From contig DASWWP010000053.1 of NCBI GenBank assembly GCA_036405915.1, positions 26,343 through 90,342 of the forward strand: DNA of 64,000 nucleotides. The letters run 5' to 3'. The notes below the pieces were generated by a model. That model was not told the DNA's origin. It worked only from the letters and a program-made list of their open reading frames with translations, and made no database searches. Shown here in pieces: positions 48,811 through 57,181 of the stretch (its first letter is position 1; each line of letters opens with the position of its first letter). The position numbers were made by a program, and so were the translations under genes. This DNA comes from Pseudomonadales bacterium (GTDB taxonomy: Bacteria; Pseudomonadota; Gammaproteobacteria; Pseudomonadales; Pseudohongiellaceae).

Positions 48811-49245
48811 ATGACAACCGACGAAGCGACGATCGCGACGCGTACCGCGCAAACACTACACGCCGACGCGGCGGTCGCAACGCAGCACGCCACGCGCCCG
48901 TGGGGCGGCTGGAAAGTGCTGAACGGGGGCGACGGCTTCACAGTCAGGATGATCGAGGTAATGCCGGGCCACCGCACGAGCCTGCACTACCACTATAACC
49001 GCTCGGAACACTGGGTCGTCGTCGCCGGCAAGGCGCGCATCATCATCGGCCAGCAGCGCTACGACATGCACCTGATGCAGTCGGTGCTGATTCCCGCGCG
49101 CACGATCCACCGGATCGAGAATCCATACACGGATACGCTGCAGATCGTCGAAATACAGCGAGGCGACCGCCTCGATGAGGACGACATCGTGCGGCTCGAA
49201 GACGATTACCAACGTTTACATCTTGCTGGAGGAATCAGACTATGA
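48811..49245 (+). CDS. Cupin domain protein, type II phosphomannose isomerase C-terminal domain-like
   Basis: RPWGGWKVL, MPGHRTSLHYHYNRSEHWVVVAG, HRIENP, IVEIQRGDRLDEDDIVRLEDDY. Confidence 0.8.
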   Translation: MTTDEATIATRTAQTLHADAAVATQHATRPWGGWKVLNGGDGFTVRMIEVMPGHRTSLHYHYNRSEHWVVVAGKARIIIGQQRYDMHLMQSVLIPARTIHRIENPYTDTLQIVEIQRGDRLDEDDIVRLEDDYQRLHLAGGIRL

Positions 49246-50174
49246 AATATCTCGTAACAGGCGGCGGCGGTTTCATCGGTTCGCACATCACCGCGGCGCT
49301 CGCTGCGTCGGGCAAGGACGAAGTCGTCGTATTCGACAACTTCTCGACCGGCAACCGCGCGAACATCAAGGACGTCAACTGCACTATCGTCGAAGGCGAC
49401 CTGCGCAACCAGGCTGCACTCGACGAAGCCATGAAAGGCGTGGACACCGTATTCCACCACGCCGCGCTGTGTTCGGTGGCGAAGTCGATGGAAGATCCCT
49501 CTACTACGCACGACGTGAACGTCACCGGCACGCTGAACCTGCTCGAAGCCTGCCGCAAGGCGGGTGTGCGCCGCGTCGTGTTCGCTTCGTCGTCGTCCGT
49601 GTACGGCGATTCCGAAACGTTGCCGAAGACGGAAAAGGATCCCGTGGCACCGCTGTCGCCATACGCCGTGTCGAAACTGATCGGCGAGCATTACTGCCAG
49701 CTGTATTTCAAGACCTTCGGCCTCGAGACCGTCGCACTGCGCTACTTCAACGTATTCGGCCCGCGCCAGTACCCGAACTCGGAGTATGCGGCGGTGATCC
49801 CGCGCTTCGTCAGCGCGATGCTGCAGGGTCGCACGCCGGAAGTGTACGGCGACGGCTCGCAGACGAGGGACTTCACGTACGTCGGCGACATCGTGCAGGC
49901 GAACCTCGCCGCGGCGAGTTCGAAAGACGCGCCGGGGCAGATCATGAACATCGCCTGCGGCGGCCGCTTCAGCCTGCTGGACCTCCTCGACAACCTGAAG
50001 AAAATGACGAACATCGATGTGAAACCCATCCTGCATCCATGGCGCGCCGGAGACGTGCGCCATTCGCAGGCATCGATCGAACGTGCTAAAGAGGTGCTGA
50101 ACTTCGCACCGCGTGTAGCCTTCAGTGAAGGCCTGCGCGAAACGGTTGCGTGGTATCAGCAAGCATACCGATGA
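49242..50174 (+). CDS. NAD-dependent nucleotide-sugar epimerase (extended SDR, WbpP/TviC-like)
   Basis: VTGGGGFIGSH, SSSSVYG, catalytic SPYAVSK. ATGA overlap upstream. Confidence 0.88.
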   Translation: MKYLVTGGGGFIGSHITAALAASGKDEVVVFDNFSTGNRANIKDVNCTIVEGDLRNQAALDEAMKGVDTVFHHAALCSVAKSMEDPSTTHDVNVTGTLNLLEACRKAGVRRVVFASSSSVYGDSETLPKTEKDPVAPLSPYAVSKLIGEHYCQLYFKTFGLETVALRYFNVFGPRQYPNSEYAAVIPRFVSAMLQGRTPEVYGDGSQTRDFTYVGDIVQANLAAASSKDAPGQIMNIACGGRFSLLDLLDNLKKMTNIDVKPILHPWRAGDVRHSQASIERAKEVLNFAPRVAFSEGLRETVAWYQQAYR

Positions 50175-51535
50175 ACGCGGTCGCCGCGCTGCGGCGGCGC
50201 ATCGACGCGAAGCGGGACCCGCACGGCCTGCTGAACACGCCGCTGGCGGCGTATACGCTTGGCACTGCACAACTCGTTGCGAGCCACCTTCCCTTCCCTG
50301 TGGCTCGCAAACTGTCTCTGCTCAGCGCCGCGTCGCGGCGCTTTACGCGTGGCTTCATGCTCGAACGCTGCCGCCGTGCGTTGCAGCCGTGGCTCACACC
50401 GGAGAAGGTCGATGCCTGGCGCGCGCACCAGATCGGCTGGCAGCGCTACTACGGCAGCTTCGGCGCGATCAACAGCAACCGCGCGCTGACCACGAGCCTG
50501 CTGCTGAAGGAGCCCGGGCCGAACGGCGAGAAAGGCGTGCTGTACTGTTCGTTCGAGTTCAACTGGATGAAGTTGCTCGCGAACCACGACATCCGCCGCT
50601 TCCTCGCCGACTACCTGCTCGTCGGGGCATCGTCGTACTCGCCCGGCGACCACCGCGTCATGGCCAGCCTGTGCGGCCTGGCGCCAGACCCGCTGTTCAT
50701 CGGCATATCGAATCGCACCGACATCGCGCAGTACGACCTGTTCGCTCCGTGGATACGGCCGGTGCCGATCATGGCCTGCGACTGGCTCGACGAAGACAAC
50801 TTTCACCCCGTCCCGCAGCGGGAGCGCAGCATCGACATCCTGATGGTCGCGCACTTCGCGCACCTGAAGCGGCACTGGATCCTGTTCGAGGCGCTGAGCA
50901 AGATGCGCCCCGACCTGCGCGTGACGTTGATCGGCCGACCCGGCGACGGCCGCACGGCGCAATCGCTGCGCGACGACGCGAAGGCCTTTGGCGTGCCCCA
51001 GGAGCTGACGATCGTGTCGAACGCGGAGTTCGACGAGGTGACGAATCATCTGTGCAATGCGAAGGTCTCGCTCGTTCTGACGCGCCGCGAAGGCTCCTGC
51101 GTATCGGTCACCGAATCGATGTTCGCCGACACACCGGTGATCCTGATGGAGCGTTCGCACATCGGTTCCGGCGCCTACATCAACCGCCATACGGGGCGTT
51201 TCGCGACGCGCGCGACGCTGCCACAGACGCTTACCGAACTGATCGAACATCCGGGCCTGTGCAGCCCGCGCGCGTGGGCCATCGACAACATCTCGGCACG
51301 CATCGCGTCACGCAAGCTGAATACGATCCTGAAACAGCATTGCATGGAGACGGGCCAGCCGTGGACGCGCGACATCGCTCCGCTCTGCTGGCGCTACGTT
51401 CCGCGCTATCTCGACTCGATCGATGCGCTGCGCCTGCGCGGCGGGGTCGATCGCCTGCGAGAACAGCACGGCATCGTGCTCGAGGAATTCGTCTCCGAGC
51501 AGCATGCCCTGCAGCGGCACCGGCGGGCTTCCTAG
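50171..51535 (+). CDS. Glycosyltransferase-like protein (GT-B C-terminal half recognisable, N-terminal half unassigned)
   Basis: Part of ORF 50150..51535. ATGA overlap. ILMVAHFAHLKRHWILFEAL, VSLVLTRREGSCVSVTESMFADTPVIL resembles the GT1/GT4 E-x7-E region. Confidence 0.55.
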   Translation: MNAVAALRRRIDAKRDPHGLLNTPLAAYTLGTAQLVASHLPFPVARKLSLLSAASRRFTRGFMLERCRRALQPWLTPEKVDAWRAHQIGWQRYYGSFGAINSNRALTTSLLLKEPGPNGEKGVLYCSFEFNWMKLLANHDIRRFLADYLLVGASSYSPGDHRVMASLCGLAPDPLFIGISNRTDIAQYDLFAPWIRPVPIMACDWLDEDNFHPVPQRERSIDILMVAHFAHLKRHWILFEALSKMRPDLRVTLIGRPGDGRTAQSLRDDAKAFGVPQELTIVSNAEFDEVTNHLCNAKVSLVLTRREGSCVSVTESMFADTPVILMERSHIGSGAYINRHTGRFATRATLPQTLTELIEHPGLCSPRAWAIDNISARIASRKLNTILKQHCMETGQPWTRDIAPLCWRYVPRYLDSIDALRLRGGVDRLREQHGIVLEEFVSEQHALQRHRRAS

Positions 51536-51667
51536 CCTCGCGCGCAGGCAACACCTGAACCTCGAGCGTGATCGCTCGACCAAAAATGCGTGGATCACCT
51601 CAGTGATCAGCAGAGCTCGACGCGAAATACTCGCGCCCCACCACAGGTTCACAAGGGGACACTCCAC

Positions 51668-52561
51668 ATGAAAGCTCTGTTTGCCGCTGGCCTTCTGTTC
51701 GCATCCGCTACCGCGCTCGCACAGCCCGTCGCATGGCCGTATGCCGAGGAAGAAGGCATCCACTGGATCGAAGGGAAGACCGTCAACATCACCTATTCGC
51801 ATACCGACGCACCGGCGACCGTGACGCAGGCGATGGCGAACCAGGTGCTGGCCGACGTCGAGGCGCGTTTGAACGGCCTCGGCATCTCGGGACTGAACGT
51901 AACGATCGGGCGCCGTGACATCACGACGGCCTGTTCGTACCGCGAACGCAACTCGGTCCATATCTGCTGGGAACCGCGTGACGGCCGCCGCGCCGACTCG
52001 ATCAACACCGGTTACACCGACGGCAGCGAATTCTGGCGCGAAGGCCTCATCATCCTCGGCAACCAGGCCGACTGGACGGACCAGACGCGTCCGCTGTACC
52101 AGCAGGTGCAGCACTATCTGCTGCACATCCTCGGCTTCGCCCATCCGGAACGCGAACCCGATCGCGCCATTTCCGTCATCAACAACAACTCGCTGGACCT
52201 GACCCAGCTCGACATCGACGGCCTGCGCACGATGTACGGCGGCGGCCGCTGCGCGTTGCGGTATGAATCCAACGGCACCGTGCGCGTCCCGTTCGTGATG
52301 TACCAGGGCAGCGCCTACACCGCGCGTCTGCAGCACGACGGCGGCCGTGGCCTGACGATCGTGCCGGGCAGCCTCGGCCGCTACGGCAACGCCAGCTTCA
52401 ACGTCAGCAAGCCGATTCCGACTACGCCGTGCCACGGCCTTTCGATCGACGGAAGCGGCGAATTCCATGTTCCCGAAGTATGGATCGGCGGGCAGTTGCG
52501 CTGGGCCACGCTGCGGATGGCGAACGGCGGATTCACCGTCACGAATTCGGGCGTGAAATAA
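51668..52561 (+). CDS. Secreted matrixin-like (metzincin-like) protein with HYxxHxxGxxH motif, copy 1
   Basis: Part of ORF 51590..52561. Signal peptide MKALFAAGLLFASATALAQP. IHWIEGKTVNITYS, QHYLLHILGFAHP, LDIDGLRTMYG. Unassigned ~110-aa C-terminal domain. Confidence 0.6.
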   Translation: MKALFAAGLLFASATALAQPVAWPYAEEEGIHWIEGKTVNITYSHTDAPATVTQAMANQVLADVEARLNGLGISGLNVTIGRRDITTACSYRERNSVHICWEPRDGRRADSINTGYTDGSEFWREGLIILGNQADWTDQTRPLYQQVQHYLLHILGFAHPEREPDRAISVINNNSLDLTQLDIDGLRTMYGGGRCALRYESNGTVRVPFVMYQGSAYTARLQHDGGRGLTIVPGSLGRYGNASFNVSKPIPTTPCHGLSIDGSGEFHVPEVWIGGQLRWATLRMANGGFTVTNSGVK

Positions 52562-52619
52562 CGCGCCGCGCCGTACCGGAATCCATACTCACAACAAACT
52601 ACATATGCGGGGATCCATC

Positions 52620-53474
52620 ATGAAATTGTCAGCCTCCTGTTTATTCGCAGCAGCAACGCTCGTGTCCGGCATCGCGTTCGCGCAGCCGGCGCCCTACTCG
52701 GCCCAGGAACGCATCCACTGGATCGATGGCCAAACGGTGACGATCACGTACTCGCCCGCCGGCGCGCCGGCGCAGGTATCGAGCGCAGCGGCAGCCAAGG
52801 TGCTTGCCGACATCGAGGCGAAATTCGACAGCCTCGGCATCGCCGGCCTCGACGTCGCGATCGGCAACCGCGAAGTCGCGAATGGCTGTGCCGGCGTGGG
52901 CCGCAATACCGTGCACATCTGCTGGGAGCCGCGCACCGGCACGACGGCAGACGCACGCAACACCGGCAATACCGACGGTTCGGTGTTCTGGCGCGAAGGC
53001 ACGATCATCCTGTCTTCGTCGACGACGTGGACCGAAGCATCTGTATACGCGACGCTTATGCACTACATGCTGCACGTGCTCGGCTTCGGCCATCCGGTGG
53101 GGGACTCCGTGCAGAACGGCGCGGCAGACCTGACGGCGCTCGACATCAGCGGCCTGCAGACGATGTATGGCGCCGGCTCCTGCGCGCTGACCTATGACGC
53201 GACCCTGCGCCAGGTGGAAATTCCGTTCGTGAAATATCGCGGCGGCACGTATACCGCGCGGCTGCAGCACAATGGCGGCAACGACTTCACGATCGTGCCT
53301 GGCAGCATTGGCATGCTGAATTCGGCGAACATGCCGACTTCGCGCTGCCATGGCCTCGCGATCGACGCCAACAACGACCTGTACATCCCGCAGGTGAACG
53401 TCGGTAACAGCCTGTTCTGGGCCAACCTGCGATTCGAGAATGGCCGCCTGACGCTGACCGGCCGCGGCCAGTAA
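52620..53474 (+). CDS. Secreted matrixin-like (metzincin-like) protein with HYxxHxxGxxH motif, copy 2
   Basis: Part of ORF 52605..53474. Signal peptide MKLSASCLFAAATLVSGIAFAQP. IHWIDGQTVTITYS, MHYMLHVLGFGHP, LDISGLQTMYG. Collinear with copy 1. Confidence 0.6.
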   Translation: MKLSASCLFAAATLVSGIAFAQPAPYSAQERIHWIDGQTVTITYSPAGAPAQVSSAAAAKVLADIEAKFDSLGIAGLDVAIGNREVANGCAGVGRNTVHICWEPRTGTTADARNTGNTDGSVFWREGTIILSSSTTWTEASVYATLMHYMLHVLGFGHPVGDSVQNGAADLTALDISGLQTMYGAGSCALTYDATLRQVEIPFVKYRGGTYTARLQHNGGNDFTIVPGSIGMLNSANMPTSRCHGLAIDANNDLYIPQVNVGNSLFWANLRFENGRLTLTGRGQ

Positions 53475-53550
53475 CCACGCCACACGAAATCGGGGCCAGT
53501 CCTGCATCGATCGACGTTCGATCGGTGCGGGGCTGGCCCCGAACTCATTT

Positions 53551-53979
53551 TCAGGCCCTTTTGATTGCCGCCCAGAACGTCGCGCGCACGAGCGTGTGCC
53601 CGGGCCGGCTTTCGATCCGGAATTCATCGGCCATGCGGTTGATGCCGGGCAGGCCGAGGCCTGGATCGCCCGAGCTCGAGTAGCCGGCGAGCATCGCCTC
53701 GTTCAGGTCGGCGATGCCGGGGCCCTCGTCCCATGCCACGATGCTGAGTCCCGCGCGCGAGCCATTCGAACAGAAGCCGAGCCGGATCTCGCCGGTTTTC
53801 GCGTACGTGAGGATGTTGCGTGCGAGTTCGGAGATGGCGGTCGTGACCATCAGCACGCGCGGGGCGGGAAATTCGAGTTGCAGCGCAAGCGCCCTGCCTT
53901 CGGCGCGCGCCTGTGCGATCACGTCGACGCTGCCGGGTTCCTCGAGGCGGAAACGGGTGAGCGTCTGCAAATCCGTCAT
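53551..53979 (-). CDS. Orphan RsbT-type serine kinase (HATPase_c_2) paralogue
   Basis: TAISELARNILTYAKTGEI, DEGPGIADL, GYSSSGDPGLGLPGINRMADEF. About half the positions match the operon-encoded RsbT at 58872..59351 by eye. Confidence 0.8.
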   Translation of the reverse strand: MTDLQTLTRFRLEEPGSVDVIAQARAEGRALALQLEFPAPRVLMVTTAISELARNILTYAKTGEIRLGFCSNGSRAGLSIVAWDEGPGIADLNEAMLAGYSSSGDPGLGLPGINRMADEFRIESRPGHTLVRATFWAAIKRA

Positions 53980-53992
53980 AGTTGAAACGCAT

Positions 53993-54026
53993 GCGGGGAC
54001 AGACCGGTATCCCGATCTGTCCCCGC
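53993..54026 (-). terminator. 11-bp perfect hairpin between the 992-aa gene and the orphan rsbT-like gene (terminator, attenuator or RNA-stability element)
   Basis: GCGGGGACAGA (53993-54003) / TCTGTCCCCGC (54016-54026). Only 13 nt separate it from the downstream ATG and no strong U-run follows. Confidence 0.4.
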
Positions 54027-54052
54027 CCCTTGGTCTTGCGGTTGTAGTGCTG

Positions 54053-57031
54053 TTACTGCGCGCGAATCACGGCGTCCTTGACGGTGCCGCCCACCGAGTA
54101 CAACAGTGCGGCGGCGCGCAGCGTCGTCGTGGCCCGCGCAGGGCTCGAGTAGAACGCTACACCATTCTTCACGTAGCTGACGACACCATTTTCCACGGTG
54201 ATACGTAACGTATCGCCTTCGTTGAACGTGGTGTCGGCCATGTACTTGCCGCTGTCACGCGCTTCGGCGATGTTGCCCTGCAGGCGCAGGCTGTAGGCAA
54301 GCGTGGCGCCGTCGGAGCTCAGGCCGATGTAACGTACCTTGTCTTCGACCGTCGCGCTGATCTGCATGGAGCCGTTGCCGTTCTCGATGCTCTGCGTTGC
54401 AACTGCCATCGCATCGGCGCAACCGTCGCAGCCGGCGCTCTTGCGCACGCGGCCTTCTTCGGCCGTCACGTTGATGAGGTTGCTCCAGGTCACCGCGCTG
54501 ACCGGCGTCGCGATCTGCGCGCCGGCGATGCCGCTGCCCGTCGAGTACAACGCCACGTCGCCGCGCAGTACGGCAGCCGGTGCCGCGGTGCTGGTGTAGA
54601 ACACCGTGCCGTTCTTCGCGTAATTCACCTTGCCGCCGTCCACAGTGATACGGAACACATCGCCAGCGACGAAGGTCGTATCCCACTTGTACACGCCGTT
54701 TTCACGCACTTCCACAGCGGTGCCCTGCAGGCGCAGTGCATAGTCGATGTCCAGTGCGGTCGGGCCGGTATTACGCGCGCCGAGGCCGATGAAGCGCAGG
54801 CTGTCTTCGACCGTGGCGGTGAACTCCAGGTAGCCGCGGCCTTCGATTTTCTGCATCGATACCGCGCCCGCGTCGGAACAACCGTCGCAACCGCTCATCT
54901 TGCGCACCCAGCCGTTCGCGTCGCCGAAGGTATTGACGGTTTCCGTCCACGCGATCGGGGCAGGCGTACCGGACAGCGGCGTGCCGGCCGTGATGGTGTA
55001 GTCGGGCGAAGTCGCGACGTTGCCGGCGGCATCGCGCGAGCGCACGCGGTAGTGGTAGACCTTACCCGGCGAGAGGCCGGCCAGTTCGACAGCGTGGTGC
55101 ATGTCGAACGTGGCGCTGATCGTCGTTACCCGCTCGTACGCGGTCGTCAGTCCGTACTCGACGCGCTGCTGTGCGGGTTCGTTCGTCGACCAGTTCACTT
55201 TCACGCTGCTCGAGCCCGTGTTCGTCGCGCGGATGTTCGTCAGCAGCGGCGCGGCCAGGTCCTCACCACCGACGTTCGGCAGCAGGCCCGGCGTCGTGAA
55301 GGTCTGGTTGGCCGAGTAGCTTGCATTGCCGTCCGCATCGGCCGACTGCACGCGGTAGTGGTACGTCGTGCTCGGCTTGAGACCCATCAGGATGTGGGCG
55401 TGCGTCGTGCCGGTCTTGGCGCCGAGCGAGGCCGTCAGGCCGTACGCGGTCGTCGTGCCGTATTCGATGCTGCCGTCGGTGACTTCGCTCGTCTGCCATG
55501 CAATCGCAGCGGCGTTGCTGGTGATCAGGCCGGCGCTGACGTTGCTGATCTGCGGCGGCGTTGCGTCGCCCGTTTTCGACGGCCACGTCGGCGCGGGAGC
55601 CGGAACAGGCAGTGTCGGAGTGGCTTCCGATCCTGGCGCGGGAGCCGGTGCCGGGGCGGGAGCCGTGATCGGCGCGCCGTTCGTCAGCAATTGCGACGGC
55701 ACTTTCACGAGGAAGGCGTCGAGGCGCGAGCCGCCCATGTTGCTGGTCCAGATGAAGTACTGGCCGGTGACGTCGAGGTTGCCCTTAGGCATGTTGTCGT
55801 AGTCGTCGGTCTTGCGGCTGTCGAGGTTCGTCATGACGGGCGCGACGACCAGCGTGCGGCCCGAGCCATCGAGCATGAAGCAGACGATTTCGTTCGATTC
55901 GCCAGCGTTGCGGCGGTTCGCGCTGCTGCCGCAGGAATACTGCGATGCCGGGCTCGCGTTCAATGCGTTCGTGTGCGTGACGTGGTTCGGCGCGCCGACG
56001 TTCCAGTCGGTGTTCGAATACGCGACTACACCGCTCAGCGTGCTCTTGTTGAAGTCCCAGACTTTCCAGGTGTTCGCTTTCGGCGCCCAGTTGTCGTTCG
56101 CCACCATGTAGCCGAAACCGAGGTCGGAATGGCCGCCGGCGCCGTCACTGTCGCGCAGCAGGCGTTCGCTGCCGGTCGCGAGGTCGATGATGCGGTTGTC
56201 TTCACCTTCGGCGCCGTCGACGTTTTCCTTGATCACGAGCCACTTGCCGCTCCTGTCGATCTGGCACTCGTCGTAGTCGCCCTTCTTCGGGAAGTACTGC
56301 AATTTGCCGGTGTCGGTTTCATAAGCCATGCAGCCCAGCGACGCGTAGGTCGTCGAGTCCTTGATCGTGGCCGAATGCACGCGGTCGTCGTTGCTCGAAT
56401 GGATCTGGAAAACGATGCGGTTCGCGCCGAGCTTGGCGGATACGTCGACGATGGTCTCGTACTGCTTCGTCATCACGTCATAGCGCAGGATCTTCGAGCC
56501 GGAGTGCAGGTAGATCTTGGTCGGTAGTGTCGCGCTGAAGTAATAGCCTTCGCCGCTGGCACCGGAATACGCCGTGTTCGAATCGAAAACGGGGCCGAGG
56601 TTCGTCAGTTGCTCGGTGACCTTGTTGTACTGCAGCAGCGTCAAACCGGCGCCGCCCTTGGTCTTGTTCAGCCCGATCATGATCAGCATCGTGTCCTTGC
56701 CGACATGGTTGTTGATGTTGCGCCAGTACGAATAGCCAATCGCGCTGACGCAGTCGGCGCCGCCGCAATCGGCGGCATTCGTCAGGCGCACGCCCTGCGT
56801 GTTGTAGGGCGCCGGGAACGTGAACTTGCCCTTGCTTGGAAGGAAGGAATTTATCTGCGACGGCGACAGCAGCGGCTCGACGACGTTGCTCAGCGTGGCT
56901 GGCAATTCGACGAATCCGCCGAGCACCTGGGACTGCGCTGCGACGGGAGCAAGGCTGAAGAGAAGCGAGAAAACTGATGGAACGAGCGTATGGGCGCGGA
57001 GGAGGCGCGCCGCCGGTGGAAACGAAAACAT
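54053..57031 (-). CDS. Large secreted multidomain protein: propeller-like N domain, Pro/Ala linker, two Fn3 domains, two LamG/concanavalin-like repeats
   Basis: 992 aa. Signal peptide (..APVAAQ|SQ). aa ~35-450 unassigned, beta-rich. APITAPAPAPAPAPG linker. Two Fn3 units (IEYGTTTAYG..TTYHYRVQSADADGN and VEYGLTTAYE..KVYHYRVRSRDAAGN). Two ~150-aa C-terminal repeats. Confidence 0.8.
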   Translation of the reverse strand: MFSFPPAARLLRAHTLVPSVFSLLFSLAPVAAQSQVLGGFVELPATLSNVVEPLLSPSQINSFLPSKGKFTFPAPYNTQGVRLTNAADCGGADCVSAIGYSYWRNINNHVGKDTMLIMIGLNKTKGGAGLTLLQYNKVTEQLTNLGPVFDSNTAYSGASGEGYYFSATLPTKIYLHSGSKILRYDVMTKQYETIVDVSAKLGANRIVFQIHSSNDDRVHSATIKDSTTYASLGCMAYETDTGKLQYFPKKGDYDECQIDRSGKWLVIKENVDGAEGEDNRIIDLATGSERLLRDSDGAGGHSDLGFGYMVANDNWAPKANTWKVWDFNKSTLSGVVAYSNTDWNVGAPNHVTHTNALNASPASQYSCGSSANRRNAGESNEIVCFMLDGSGRTLVVAPVMTNLDSRKTDDYDNMPKGNLDVTGQYFIWTSNMGGSRLDAFLVKVPSQLLTNGAPITAPAPAPAPAPGSEATPTLPVPAPAPTWPSKTGDATPPQISNVSAGLITSNAAAIAWQTSEVTDGSIEYGTTTAYGLTASLGAKTGTTHAHILMGLKPSTTYHYRVQSADADGNASYSANQTFTTPGLLPNVGGEDLAAPLLTNIRATNTGSSSVKVNWSTNEPAQQRVEYGLTTAYERVTTISATFDMHHAVELAGLSPGKVYHYRVRSRDAAGNVATSPDYTITAGTPLSGTPAPIAWTETVNTFGDANGWVRKMSGCDGCSDAGAVSMQKIEGRGYLEFTATVEDSLRFIGLGARNTGPTALDIDYALRLQGTAVEVRENGVYKWDTTFVAGDVFRITVDGGKVNYAKNGTVFYTSTAAPAAVLRGDVALYSTGSGIAGAQIATPVSAVTWSNLINVTAEEGRVRKSAGCDGCADAMAVATQSIENGNGSMQISATVEDKVRYIGLSSDGATLAYSLRLQGNIAEARDSGKYMADTTFNEGDTLRITVENGVVSYVKNGVAFYSSPARATTTLRAAALLYSVGGTVKDAVIRAQ
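54056..54955 (-). repeat. Internal tandem duplication encoding two ~150-aa domains, each with a GCDGC motif
   Basis: GWVRKMSGCDGCSDAGAVSMQKIE..ATVEDSLRFIGL..YALRLQG..FRITVDGGKVNYAKNGTVFY versus GRVRKSAGCDGCADAMAVATQSIE..ATVEDKVRYIGL..YSLRLQG..LRITVENGVVSYVKNGVAFY. Confidence 0.8.
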
Positions 57032-57181
57032 TGAAGAACCTCGGGGGCTTTTATAATCGGTGGTGTCGGGTGTTTTATTGCTCGCGAGGTATGCCCACCC
57101 CTGCTAGCGGGGCTTTTTATACTGGACACTTGAAACATATTTATGACGTGGATGTAACACAGTGGTAAAACACCGTCTGAT

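Noticed and set aside
21238-51535. Exosortase (XrtA/EpsH), EpsI, PrsK/PrsR or PEP-CTERM substrate genes within the EPS locus
   Set aside because: Every ORF in the locus could be given another assignment. None has the multi-TM exosortase pattern with conserved Cys/Arg/His, and none has a C-terminal PEP-TM-Arg sorting signal. The XrtA label therefore stays a resemblance only.
57031-57118. Small RNA defined by TTGAAG/TATAAT and a hairpin plus T5
   Set aside because: The promoter spacer is only 15 nt, the -35 overlaps the start codon of the divergent gene, and the stem is only 4-5 bp with ambiguous register. It is kept only as a note within the control-region finding.
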